From: an uncultured Chloroflexia bacterium
GTDB lineage: Bacteria > Chloroflexota > Limnocylindria > Limnocylindrales > CSP1-4
DNA: 64,000 nucleotides
Direction of reading: 5' to 3'
Assembly: GCA_963821595.1 (NCBI GenBank)
Contig: CAWGEL010000026.1
Coordinates: 24,134-88,133 of the forward strand
Within the stretch, counting starts at the first letter, position 1. Each line of letters begins with the position of its first letter. Both the position numbers and the translations under genes were made by a program. Below, in pieces: positions 28,976-38,355 of the stretch. Below the pieces are notes generated by a model that searched no databases, was not told where the DNA came from, and saw only the letters and a program-made list of their open reading frames with translations.

Positions 28976-29647
28976 TGCGTGCTCCTTCTCGTGCGCGGGG
29001 ACGGGTGCAGGCGGAGCATCGCCCGCAGGATCTGGCGCGGGCTCGGCGGCGGCGGCAACGGCGTTGCGCACTCGCTCCGGAACCCGTCGAGCATCAATGC
29101 GACGTAGCGGCGCCAGGCATCCGGCGCCGCCTCGCCGGCCCCCTGGACGACGCCGGCATTGCCCATGAGCATCAGGACGTGATCCTCGGGCACGAAGTCG
29201 GACCGGAGGCTGCCCTCGGCCTTGGCCCGCTCGATCAGCCGCAGGAAGAGGTCGTAGCCGCGGGCGCGATTCGCCTCGAGTGCGCGGGCGTCCGGGAAGG
29301 TCCTCGTCAGCACGTCCTTGAATCCCCGGTCGGCCGCCTGCATCTCGCAGGTTCGCTCGCACGTACGCGCAGAAGCCGGTCCACCCGTCGGGCGCCCGAA
29401 GAGCCTCCTCGGCCGCGCGGGCGTACTCGTCGAGGCGCCGCTCGAAGCAGGCCGCGATCAGGCTCTCGCGCGTCGGGAAGCGCCGGTAGAGCGTGGCGAT
29501 GCCGACGCCGGCCCGCCCGGCGACATCTTCGAGCGGAACCTCCAGCCCGCGCTCCGCGAAGGCGGCCTGCGCGGCCTCCACGATGCGCCCGCGGTTCCGC
29601 GCCGCGTCCACGCGCAGCGGTCTCGGGGCCTCGTCGAGCGGTTTCAT
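28972..29647 (-). pseudogene. TetR/AcrR family transcriptional regulator, frame broken near 29340-29375
   Basis: The HTH half (RNRGRIVEAAQAAFAERGLEVPLEDVAGRAGVGIATLYRRFPTRESL...FCAYV) is in ORF 28547-29647. The ligand-domain half (EMQAADRGFKDVLTRTFPDARALEANRARGYDLFLRLIERAKAEGSLRSDF...) is in ORF 28972-29343. Confidence 0.8.
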
Positions 29648-29699
29648 GCGGCAATCCTACCGTGATTCGGAGGATCGCCTCCATTTGCGTCCGGGCGGC

Positions 29700-29789
29700 C
29701 TCCGCGGCGCCGGGGGTCAGCCAGGCGCCGCGGCGTCCGGGCTCCTCCGCGGCGCCGGGGGTCAGCCAGGCGCCGCGGCGTTCGGACTG
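29700..29789. repeat. 45-bp tandem duplication spanning the CGNR gene stop codon
   Basis: CTCCGCGGCGCCGGGGGTCAGCCAGGCGCCGCGGCGT... occurs twice (about 41/45 identical). The second copy contains the TCA (TGA on the minus strand) stop at 29762-29764. Confidence 0.85.
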
Positions 29790-30391
29790 TCGGCCGCCGC
29801 CAGGGCTCCCGGGCGGCCGCGAGCCCGGCGGACTCGATCGCGGTTGCCGCAGGCGGTCGTGTCGCACCATCGGCGCGAGTGGCTCCTGGAGCTGTCGTCG
29901 AAGAGCAGCCGGCAGGCGGGGTTCGCACACCGGTGGAGCTCGCGATCCTCGTCGATGAGCGCGACCAGGGGCAGCAGGAGATCACGGCAGAACCCGCGCC
30001 AGCCGGCCTCCGTGCTCGCGATCTGGCCGTCCGTGTCGAGCGCATAGGTCGCGCCCTCGAGCAGCGCCCGGCTCTCCTCTGTCCACGGCTCGCCGCGGGG
30101 TTCCGGGCGCGGCTCCGCGAGCCGCTGCACCGCGGCGCGGATGATCGCGAGCTCCGCGAGCGCCCGGGCGTCCGGTGGTTCGGGCGGCGTCGGGACGCGA
30201 TGGTCCACGAGGTAGCGCAGCGCGGTGTCGGGCGCGGCCAGGTGGTCATGGTCCGGCTCGGTGCCCCGGGCACGGGCGTGCCAGTGGCCGCCCGGCCCGT
30301 GCGCGGTGTTCGCGACCCAGAGGAGGTCGCTCCGGCTCAGCCGCCCCGTCAGCCGAAGCGCCGCCGGTTCGCGCGATGCGATCCGGCTCAC
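29762..30391 (-). CDS. CGNR zinc finger domain-containing protein (ABATE N-terminal domain)
   Basis: LHRCANPACRLLFDDSSRSHSRRWCDTTACGNRDRVRRAR is the CGNR signature. The GTG start at 30391 overlaps the upstream stop (GTGA). Confidence 0.85.
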   Translation of the reverse strand: MSRIASREPAALRLTGRLSRSDLLWVANTAHGPGGHWHARARGTEPDHDHLAAPDTALRYLVDHRVPTPPEPPDARALAELAIIRAAVQRLAEPRPEPRGEPWTEESRALLEGATYALDTDGQIASTEAGWRGFCRDLLLPLVALIDEDRELHRCANPACRLLFDDSSRSHSRRWCDTTACGNRDRVRRARGRPGALAAADSPNAAAPG

Positions 30392-31692
30392 GGCGCGGGG
30401 CTGACCCAGATCGTGGCCTGGTTCCAGTCGGGGTAGCCCGTCCGCCCGACGGCGACCACGTCGTGGCCGATCATCGCCACGCCCGCGATCTGGCCACCGG
30501 AGAACGAGACCTGCCAGACGGGGGGCTGCCACGTCACCCCATCGACGGACGTCCAGGTGACCGACGAGCCCTTCGCCACGTCGGACCGCCAGCCACCGAC
30601 CACGAGGCCGTCCGAAGCTGACAGGACCGACTGCATGCGCATCGGCTGCTGGCCGTAGTGGAACGCGGGCTGGTCCGGCGCAGCGGTCCAGGTCAGTGCC
30701 ATCCGGCGAGGTCCATGCCAGCGCGCCGTCGTCGTGGCCGTTGAGACCCGACGGCGACGAAGCCCGACGGTGTCGCCGTCACTGCCCGCATCGCCCCGCC
30801 GGCGTCCGGCTCCAGCCGCGCCCGGCGCCAGCCCGTCGCCTGCGTCCAGGTACCAGGCGCCGACCGGGCCGTAGTTCGGGTCCCCGTTCGTGCCGACCGC
30901 CACGAGCGTGCCGCCCCGGGCCGCGATGCCCCAGATGCGGCCGCCGGCGAAGGCGCCCGATGCGTCATCGGCGCGCCACGCCAGGCCATCGCTCGACCGC
31001 CAGACGGCGGCGGACGCGGTGTTGTGGAGCGGATCGTCGCGATAGCCGCCGGCGACGAACCCGGCGCCGAACGCCGTGACGGCGGTCATGGCGCCGGCGG
31101 CATACGGGACCAGCAGGTCGGCCTGGCGAGGTGCCTGGGCCCAGGCTCCCCCACTCGATGCCCAGGCCGTGGCTCCGCTGTGATCGAGGCCCACGATCAC
31201 GGTGCGGGCGTCGTTCGACGCAACCGCGATGGCGGTCGTGCCAGCCGCGCCGGTGAAGCCCGGCAGGGGCTGCCAGTTCATTCCGTCCGTCGACGAGAAG
31301 ACGGTCGCCTGCGCCGGCGGCTCCTGGACCCCGACGGCAAGCAGGCCTGCCGGCGATGCTCCGACGCCGAGGAGCTGGTCCTCCGCCAGGAAGTGGCAGG
31401 GGTGGCATTGGTAGCCAGGCTCCAGCGACGGCGCGGTCGTCACCGCGGCCGGCAGGGCGACGTTCGCGGTCAGCCAGGGGTCGCTCGCGGACGGCGCCGC
31501 CGACGCGCGAGACGGCGCCGCGGACGCTGACGCCGCCGCGGGAGCGCCGGGCGACGGGGACCCGCCGATCGGGGCGGTCGCCTGGCCCGGGGACGCCGGC
31601 GCGGTCGGCGCCGGCGTCACGGGACCGCTCCCGCACGCCCCGGCCACCGCGGCGACGACGATCAGCGAGACCAGCCAGGAACGGGTCTTCAT
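30388..31692 (-). pseudogene. lipoprotein with BNR/Asp-box-like (W-x-S-x-DG-x-x-W) beta-propeller repeats, three local frame shifts at ~30695-30835
   Basis: Lipobox LIVVAAVAGAC. Repeats FSSTDGMNWQP, WRSSDGLAWR and WTSVDGVTWQP are in the main frame. AWYLDAGDGW|RRARLEPDAGGAMRAVTATPSGFVAVG|LNGHDDGALAWTSPDG|LTWTAAPDQ can be read only by stepping through the two other frames and back. The first shift sits in a G/C run. Confidence 0.7.
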
Positions 31693-31921
31693 CGGGGACG
31701 CCCTCCACGGTTGCTAACGTCCATCACTGGCGAACGGATGTTACAGCGTTCCCGCCCGGAACCGCGAAGGCGGGTCCGGCGAGCCCGGTCTGCGCAGGTC
31801 CGGCGGCTGAGTCCGTTCGGCTCTGGCCTGCTGGCGGACTCCAGCACACGCTTGGCCGGCCCGTGACGCCTCCCCGCGGGCGCCGTCGCACCGGCCCGGA
31901 GGGAGGAGCCGGAGGTCGCCG

Positions 31922-32422
31922 ATGAAAGCGCTGCTGGGACTGCTGCCGTTCGCGGTGGCGCTCGCGATCGCGGGGGCCGTGATCGTCGTGCTCATGGAAC
32001 GCAACGCGACCGCCGGGCGGCTGGCGCTCGCCGGCGTGCTGGCCGGCCATGGCCTGGTCCACCTCTTCTTCTTCGTGCCCCAGCCGGCGCCCGCGGCGGG
32101 TTCCGCGTCGGCCGCGGAATGGCCCTTCGACATCGCCCGAACGTGGGCGACGACGTCCTTCGGCGTCGATCCGGGAATGCTGCGCGTCCTCGGCGTTGCA
32201 CTGGTGGCGATCGTGGTGGCCGGCTTCGTCATGGCGGCGCTCTCGACGGTCGGCGTGCTGCTCCCGGCGGGGTGGTGGCGGCCGCTCATCGGCATCGGCG
32301 CCGTGGCCTCCCTGCTGACGCTGGCCCTCTTCTTCAATCCCCAGCTGCTGCTGGGCCCGACGATCGACCTGGTGCTGCTCGTGCTCGTGATCGCCACGAC
32401 CTGGAGCCCGGCGGCGACCTGA
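31922..32422 (+). CDS. hypothetical membrane protein (4 TM)
   Basis: 166-aa ORF with four clear hydrophobic helices and high third-position GC. No family recognised. Confidence 0.6.
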   Translation: MKALLGLLPFAVALAIAGAVIVVLMERNATAGRLALAGVLAGHGLVHLFFFVPQPAPAAGSASAAEWPFDIARTWATTSFGVDPGMLRVLGVALVAIVVAGFVMAALSTVGVLLPAGWWRPLIGIGAVASLLTLALFFNPQLLLGPTIDLVLLVLVIATTWSPAAT

Positions 32423-32784
32423 TCCAACGGGGGACCCAGCGCAAGACCGCGCGGCCGCCGCGGAGCGCCTCGCGGGACGCCGTCCAAACCGACCGGCCCG
32501 GGACACGACGGGCGGCGGGCGCGCAACCCCACCACGGGTGATACGGCGGTGGGGCGCCGCTCGTGTCGCGACTCGTTGGATCCCCGTCGGTTCCGATGAC
32601 GAGCGCCGGGCGCGCAACCGCGCTGACTCCGGCGACCGCGCCCTACCGGGGATGCTGGTCGGAGGCAGATGCCGTGAGCGTGCCGGTCACGCCGGATCTC
32701 GTGATTCGTCGTGACTCCACGATCCAGCCGACCAGGCCTCCTCGAGTGTCGCGGGCGGCGAGGAGGACGACCGTCAGCGGATCA

Positions 32785-33294
32785 TCAGGGGCGCGACTCG
32801 CTGGTCGCCGGGACCAGGTACAGCAGGGCCACGTAGCAGAGCATCGCCAGCGCGAACAGCGTGGCCATGATCATCGAGCTGACGTCCTCGGCGAAGTCGA
32901 GGAAGCTCGCGCCGTTGAAGCCCGCTCCGAGCACGAAGAGGAAGCCGAGCACGGCGAGCACGGTGACAGCCCGGCGGCGCATCGCTCTCGCCCGGACGAC
33001 CAGGGCGAGAGCGCCGAGCACCAGCAGCAGGCCCCAGGCGGCGTGGAAGACGAGCAGGGGCAGTCCGCTCTGCGTGATCGCCCAGACGACGCTCTGGAAC
33101 GAGCCGCTGAAGTACTCGGACGGGTTCGATCCCGCGTGTCCGGCCGGGACGGTGACGAACAGGTTCACGAGCATGCCGGCCAGGTACTGGACGAGCAGGG
33201 CGACCAGGAACCCGAACGTCGCGCCGCGCAGGCGTCGGGAGTCTCTGGGCGTGGGCCCGGCCGAGACGGCGGTCGGCGGTGTCGAGTCGGTCAT
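32785..33294 (-). CDS. hypothetical membrane protein (4 TM)
   Basis: 169-aa ORF with four hydrophobic helices (FGFLVALLVQYLAGMLVNLFV..., LLVFHAAWGLLLVLGALALVV...). No family recognised. Confidence 0.6.
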   Translation of the reverse strand: MTDSTPPTAVSAGPTPRDSRRLRGATFGFLVALLVQYLAGMLVNLFVTVPAGHAGSNPSEYFSGSFQSVVWAITQSGLPLLVFHAAWGLLLVLGALALVVRARAMRRRAVTVLAVLGFLFVLGAGFNGASFLDFAEDVSSMIMATLFALAMLCYVALLYLVPATSESRP

Positions 33295-33609
33295 CGAGGC
33301 ACGACCCTAACCGGCGATCGGCGCCTCCGTCAACCGTGGCGCCTCCGGCCATGGGCATGCGGCTGACCGCGGTGGGAACGGCGTCGAAGATCGCGCCCGG
33401 CCGTTCGACGGGCCAGCGGGACGGGGGCTAGCCCCACCCCGAAGACGCCGGCTGGCCGGCTGGTCCGGCGGCCCGGCCGCCCGTAGCGTTGTGGCATCAG
33501 GAACGGCAGGCGGGCCGCCCGGGTCGGGCGGAGACGGCTCCCGTCCAGGACGCGTCCGCCAGCACGCCGCCGCGAGCCATCTGGCCCGGCGCCAGGAGGT
33601 CCATTCACC

Positions 33610-34565
33610 ATGAGAGACAGTCGCGCCCTCCTCTACTGGGGCACGTTCCTCATCGCCGCCGGCGCCGTCATGGTCCTCGCGAACCTCCGTGGGATCGACG
33701 AGCAGCTCGTCGGCGACGCGCTCCGCCTGTGGCCGCTTGCCGTCGTCGCCCTGGGCGTCGGCCTGCTGCTCCGCGGGTCGCGGCTGTCGTGGGCCGGCGG
33801 GATGCTCGCCGCGGCAATCCCGGGCGTGGCGCTCGGGGGCGCACTCGTCGCCGGCCCGCACTTCGCGACCATCTGCGACGACGGCCTGCCCGTCGCGATG
33901 ACCCATGACCAGGGGCGATTCGCGGGGCCGGCCAGCGTCGACGTCCGATTGCGCTGCGGCGACGTGTCGGTCACGACCGGAACCGGCGACAGCTGGCAGC
34001 TCGACTCCGGCACTGCCGGCGGCGCGGCGGCGATCGTCGACGCGACGTCAGCCGCCTGTCCGTCGCCTCGGAGTCGAACCACTGGCTCGGCCTCCACCGG
34101 GGCCGAGACGTGTGGCACCTGACGCTCCCGGCGGCCACTCCCGTCGACCTGGCGCTCCAGGTGGACGCGGGCGCGGGTCGGGTGGACCTCGCGGGGGCCA
34201 GGGTCGGCGACCTCGGCCTCGACGTCAACGCCGCCGACGCCCACGTCGACCTGACCGGGGCGACGGTCGATCGCCTGTCGACCAGCCTCAACGCCGGGTC
34301 GCTGTCGGTCCTGCTCCCGGATGGCGCCGACATCGCGGGTTCGCTCACCGTGAACGCCGGATCGCTGCAGGTCTGCGCACCGAGCGGGCTGGGCCTGCGA
34401 ATCCACAGCTCGACGATGCTCGCCTCGGCGACCTACCCGGGGCTTGCCCGGGACGGCGACACGTGGGAGAGCCCCGACTACGCGACGGCAGCCCACCGCG
34501 CTGAGCTGACCGTGGCCGTCAACCTCGGAAGCGTCACGTTCAACCCCATGGGAGGCTGCAAGTGA
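33610..34565 (+). pseudogene. LiaF-like / DUF4097 (toastrack)-type membrane protein, frame broken near 34049
   Basis: The N-terminal TM region and the start of the beta-rich domain are in ORF 33610-34122 (to ...AAIVDATS). The domain continues in the frame of ORF 34110-34565 from ~34050 (SRLSVASESNHWLGLHRGRDVWHLTLPAATPVDLALQVDAGAGRVDLAGA...). The stop overlaps the pspC start. Confidence 0.65.
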
Positions 34566-35248
34566 ACCGCCGTCGTCTCTACCGCTGCCGTCAGGACCGG
34601 CGCCTCGCCGGCGTCGCGGCGGGCGTCGCCGAGTACCTCGACCTCGATCCGTCGCTGGTCCGGGTGCTCTGGGTCGTGTCCGTCTTCTTCGGCGGGATCA
34701 CCATCCTGCTGTACATCGCGATGGCGCTGATCGTCCCGATGGAGCCCGAATGGGGTCCGACGGGCCCGTGGCAGCCGGCCGGCGGAGGCTGGGGAATGGG
34801 GCCGGCACAGGCTGGCCTCGGCGGGCAGCCGGCCGCGTCCGCCGGGTGGGCAGCCCCCGGCGAGCCGGCGACGAACCCGATGGCTGGATCCGGCGCCGAA
34901 CCGGGTACGAGCCCCGAACCGGGCACGAGCCCCGAGCCCACCAGCGGGGCCGAGGGCCCCGTGACGGGAGCCGCTCCCGGCCCGGGCCCGGGCTGGGCGA
35001 TGCACGGCGCAGCTCCCCATGCGGGCTGGCCGGCGCCGGCGCCGCACCACGATCCGGGCCCCCGGGGCCTGGGCCTGGGCGCGACCTTCTTCGGCATGGT
35101 CCTGATCCTGTTCGGCGCACTCGCCTTCCTCCAGCAGGCCGTGCCGGGCTGGGCGAACGATGGTCATCTCCTGTGGCCGGCCTTCGTGCTGTCGGTCGGC
35201 GTGCTCCTGCTCATCACCTCGATCCGCCGCCGCCCGCGCGAGCTGTAG
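34562..35248 (+). CDS. PspC domain-containing membrane protein
   Basis: LYRCRQDRRLAGVAAGVAEYLDLDPSLVRVLWVVSVFFGGITILLYIAMALIVP is the PspC domain. GTG at 34562 lies 6 nt after GGAGG and overlaps the upstream stop (GTGA). Confidence 0.85.
   Translation: MNRRRLYRCRQDRRLAGVAAGVAEYLDLDPSLVRVLWVVSVFFGGITILLYIAMALIVPMEPEWGPTGPWQPAGGGWGMGPAQAGLGGQPAASAGWAAPGEPATNPMAGSGAEPGTSPEPGTSPEPTSGAEGPVTGAAPGPGPGWAMHGAAPHAGWPAPAPHHDPGPRGLGLGATFFGMVLILFGALAFLQQAVPGWANDGHLLWPAFVLSVGVLLLITSIRRRPREL
34898..34939. repeat. 18-bp in-frame tandem repeat (x2 plus a partial unit) in pspC-like linker
   Basis: GAACCGGGTACGAGCCCC / GAACCGGGCACGAGCCCC / GAGCCC, encoding EPGTSPEPGTSPEP. Confidence 0.8.
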
Positions 35249-35417
35249 GCCCGGAGCCACGGTTCTCTCGCCCCCCGGCCCGCACGGCCGGGGGGCGAGC
35301 GCGTTTGCTCGCGGCGCGCCCTCATGCGGCGCTGCTGCGCGCGGTACCACCCGGCGGCTCGCGAGGGCGGACCCGTCGGGTCGCCCGGTCCCGCAGGGCT
35401 GCCGCCGACCGACCGGG

Positions 35418-35846
35418 TCAGGCCGGCCGGCCGTCCACGAAAGCGTCGATCGCCCGGCGACCCGCCTCGCCCAGGTGGCCGTCGCGCGACTTGAGAGTCA
35501 GCGCAACCTGGGCCGCCTTGCCGGCAAGCTGGTCGCGCATCCTGGCGAATACCGAGCCGGTCAGGAGCTTGTAGGTCGTGAACAGACCCACGCGACCACC
35601 CAGCTGTGGGAGCTCACGGACGAACGAGGTCCACGGGCCGTCCGGGTGCTGGAGAACGACCATCAGGCCGCTGGTCCAGGATCCAAGGAGCACGAGGTCC
35701 GCCCCGGCGACGGCGGCCGGATCGGCGTCGGCAACCGAGCTGACGGCCGTCTGGATCCCCTTCGACGACAGGTATGCGCCGATCTCCTCGGCATAGCGCT
35801 GGGTCCGGCCCGTCCGACTGCAGTAGACGACCGCCGCTGTGGCCAC
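35418..35846 (-). CDS. flavodoxin family protein
   Basis: (M)ATAAVVYCSRTGRTQRYAEEIGAYLSSKG...ADLVLLGSWTSG. GTG at 35846 lies 7 nt after GGAGG. An alternative GTG is at 35852. Confidence 0.75.
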   Translation of the reverse strand: MATAAVVYCSRTGRTQRYAEEIGAYLSSKGIQTAVSSVADADPAAVAGADLVLLGSWTSGLMVVLQHPDGPWTSFVRELPQLGGRVGLFTTYKLLTGSVFARMRDQLAGKAAQVALTLKSRDGHLGEAGRRAIDAFVDGRPA

Positions 35847-35875
35847 CGCCACCCCTCCACCCGGTCCGCCGCTGT

Positions 35876-36346
35876 CTAGTGCGGGTAGCTCCCGGTCAGC
35901 TTCTTCCAGCCGGCGTGCAGGCCGTGGAAGAACGGCGTGCCGGGCAGGAACATGAACGGGCAGAAGCCGGCGACGACGTCGATGCCGTTCGCCTGGCAGA
36001 AGTCGATGGCCGACGCGCTCACCGAGCCCGGTCCGCCGCCAGCTCCCCGGTGCATCCAGACGTGCGCCACGCCGGCCTCGGCGCAGTCGCGGACCACCGT
36101 GTCGGTGACCTGCGCGCGGGTCAGGATCAACACGCCCTCCACGGGCGGCTGGATGTCCTGGACCCGGGCGACGCACGGACGGCCGTCGAACTCGGTCATC
36201 GCGGGATTCACGGGGACAACGTCATAGCGGCGCTGCCGGAGTTCCTTCCAGATGGCCTGGGAGAAGTGCTTCGGGTCGCGTGAGACGCCGACCACGGCGA
36301 TTTGCTTGAGGGCGAGGAAGTCGTCGATCTGAAGCCGCGTCGTCAC
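35876..36346 (-). CDS. CoA-binding domain protein (YccU-like)
   Basis: FLALKQIAVVGVSRDPKHFSQAIWKELRQRRYDVVPVNP ... VAHVWMH is the CoA_binding_2 pattern. GTG at 36346 follows GAGG. Confidence 0.85.
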   Translation of the reverse strand: MTTRLQIDDFLALKQIAVVGVSRDPKHFSQAIWKELRQRRYDVVPVNPAMTEFDGRPCVARVQDIQPPVEGVLILTRAQVTDTVVRDCAEAGVAHVWMHRGAGGGPGSVSASAIDFCQANGIDVVAGFCPFMFLPGTPFFHGLHAGWKKLTGSYPH

Positions 36347-36515
36347 AGGTTCACCTCACGTTGGGGTGGGCGGTCCACGCGCGGGTGCCCGCCCGAGTAT
36401 CGCGACGGACGCGGACCGGACGGTAGGGCCGCTCGGCCCGTCCACAGGCAGGTGCTGGGACGGCATCGCGACGGCGTGACGGCGCGGCCGCCGTCTCGGC
36501 GCCGGGAAGCCCGCG

Positions 36516-37556
36516 TCAGGCGCCGGCGGAAGCCTGGGCGTGCCGATCCGACGGCGCCACCGGAGCGTGCGTTGAGGCGTCTACGGCGGGCCCGGCACGC
36601 CGCCCGAGTGCCGCGATGTCCTCGTCGGGCAGGAGCGCGGCGGCGTCGGCCACGAGCTGCCGCGCCGTGTCGATGAGCGGGGCGCCCGATGCGTCCGCGC
36701 CGAAGGCATCCGCGCCGAAGGCCTCCGCGCCGAAGGCATCCGCCGCCAGCGAGAGATCCTTGTGGAGGTCCCGCAGGGCGAACAGCGCCGGCTCGTGACC
36801 ATTCCCGACGAACCAGTCACGCCGCGCCTCGAGTCCGGGCGCGAGCCTCGCCAGCGCCCAGAACACCTCCTGCGGGTCGAGTCCCGCGGCCGTGCCGGTG
36901 CGCTGGAGCTCGGCCGCGCCGCCGACGACCACCGCGAGCATCGAATTGGCGATCAGCTTCAGGCGGGCCGCATCGGCGGCTGACCCGACGTGCCGAACGA
37001 GGCCAAGGCGCTCGAGCATCGGGCGGGCCCGATCCACCGCGGCTCGATCGCCGCCGGCCAGCAGCGTTGCCGCACCCGCCAGGACCATCGTCGGCGCGCC
37101 CAGGATCGGGACGGCGACGAGATCCGCGCCGGCGGCGGCGACGTGCGGCGCGAGCTCGGCCAGGATGTCGGGGCCGGCCGTGCTCATCTCGATGAAGAGC
37201 GTCCCCGGCGCCGCGCCGCCGAAGGCCCCGTCGGCCCCCAGGAAGGCGCTGCGGATCGCGTCGGCACCGGTCAGGCTGGTGATCACGACGTCGGCGCGCC
37301 GCACGGCCGCGGCCGGGGTCTCCGCCACCTGGCCCACGCCGAGCGAGACCGCGCGCGCTCGGGTGCGGTTCCAGAGCGTGACCTCGAACCCGGCGCCGGC
37401 GAGGCGTGCTGCGATGGCCGCGCCCATCTTGCCGGTACCCAGGATCGCGAGCCGGCCCGCGATGGTGGTTCCGTGACGCCGCGCGATCGGGCGCAGCGCA
37501 TCGCGGCGCGCGGTCTGCATGTCGGTGCTGTCCAGTCGACGGGTGGGTAATGCCAT
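36516..37556 (-). CDS. NAD(P)-dependent oxidoreductase (beta-hydroxyacid / 6-phosphogluconate dehydrogenase-like)
   Basis: RLAILGTGKMGAAIAARLAGAGFEVTLWNRT is a Rossmann GxGxxG motif. LKLIANSMLAVVVGGAAE is in the C-terminal helical domain. AGGAG lies 7 nt upstream of the ATG at 37556. Confidence 0.85.
   Translation of the reverse strand: MALPTRRLDSTDMQTARRDALRPIARRHGTTIAGRLAILGTGKMGAAIAARLAGAGFEVTLWNRTRARAVSLGVGQVAETPAAAVRRADVVITSLTGADAIRSAFLGADGAFGGAAPGTLFIEMSTAGPDILAELAPHVAAAGADLVAVPILGAPTMVLAGAATLLAGGDRAAVDRARPMLERLGLVRHVGSAADAARLKLIANSMLAVVVGGAAELQRTGTAAGLDPQEVFWALARLAPGLEARRDWFVGNGHEPALFALRDLHKDLSLAADAFGAEAFGADAFGADASGAPLIDTARQLVADAAALLPDEDIAALGRRAGPAVDASTHAPVAPSDRHAQASAGA
36694..36745. 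repeat. 15-bp in-frame tandem repeat x3 (plus a partial unit) inside the oxidoreductase gene
   Basis: TCCGCGCCGAAGGCA / TCCGCGCCGAAGGCC / TCCGCGCCGAAGGCA, encoding AFGAEAFGADAFGADA. Confidence 0.9.
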
Positions 37557-37706
37557 GCCAGTGCTCCTCTCACCGACGCCCGCTCGCGGGACGCGCCGGG
37601 CGAGGCGGCCGTTGTCGGCCGCCGTCACAGCCTCATGCCGAGCCGCCAGCCCGGTGCCACATTCCAGGCCCGGGAGGGGCCGCCCGGGCCTGGCTGGCGC
37701 CTGGGT

Positions 37707-38015
37707 TCAGGCAGCCTTGCGGATCGCCGGGGCCGCCGAGACCGGCCCGGGCCCGCCGGTGGGCGGCTGGGTGGCCGACGACCAGCGCTGGCCGCCGATG
37801 CCACTGATCCCGAAGCCGCTGAACCCGTGCGGGAGTCCGTCCGACGTGCGGTCGACCTCGACCGGCTGCCGCACGAGGCCCGGCCGGTCGGCGACCATCT
37901 GGGCGAGGTTCCACGGCGCCGGCTCCGGCTCCGCCTCGCGATGAGCCTGCACCACCTCGTCGCGATCGCCGGCCCACTGATAGCGATTCCACGTCTGGTG
38001 AAGGATGAGCGTCAT
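37707..38015 (-). CDS. hypothetical protein
   Basis: MTLILHQTWNRYQWAGDRDEVVQAH.... GGAGG lies 8 nt upstream of the ATG at 38015 (an alternative ATG at 38021 is too close to the RBS). The C-terminal third is Gly/Pro-rich. No family recognised. Confidence 0.45.
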   Translation of the reverse strand: MTLILHQTWNRYQWAGDRDEVVQAHREAEPEPAPWNLAQMVADRPGLVRQPVEVDRTSDGLPHGFSGFGISGIGGQRWSSATQPPTGGPGPVSAAPAIRKAA

Positions 38016-38046
38016 GGTCATGACCTCCGATCTCGCCTGCCGTCGA

Positions 38047-38277
38047 TCACGCCGCTTCGGCGACGCAATCGACGATGAGCCGCCGCGTATGCGCCGGCGC
38101 GCCGAGCGCCGACAGCAGCCGGCGGAGGCGCCCCTCGGGCGGAGACGCGAGCGACGAACACTCCAGCCAGATGCCGCCGGCCCGGGCCACCGGAACCGCC
38201 GGCGCTCCGCACGAGCAGTTCGGCGTGTCGCGCTCGGCCTGCTCGATGCGGTCGAGCGCTCGCCAGTTGTCGATCAT
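38047..38277 (-). CDS. small Cys-containing hypothetical protein
   Basis: 76-aa ORF MIDNWRALDRIEQAERDTPNCSCGAP...LECSS...VDC with four Cys. An AGGAAA RBS-like motif lies within a palindrome immediately upstream. Confidence 0.4.
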   Translation of the reverse strand: MIDNWRALDRIEQAERDTPNCSCGAPAVPVARAGGIWLECSSLASPPEGRLRRLLSALGAPAHTRRLIVDCVAEAA

Positions 38278-38355
38278 CAGGAATTTCCTGAAACGAATAC
38301 GCTCCGTCTCGTATCATAGTGGCATGACCGTCACGAATCAAGACGCTCCGTCTCG
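38278..38355. promoter_or_regulatory. divergent control region with palindrome and direct repeats (candidate TetR operators), leaderless-type -10 for the TetR gene
   Basis: CAGGAA-T-TTCCTG palindrome at 38278-38290. ACGAAT(N0/N4)ACGCTCCGTCTCG occurs at 38293-38311 and 38333-38355, with the 13-nt core exactly repeated. TATCAT at 38312-38317 lies 6 nt before the TetR ATG at 38324. Confidence 0.45.
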
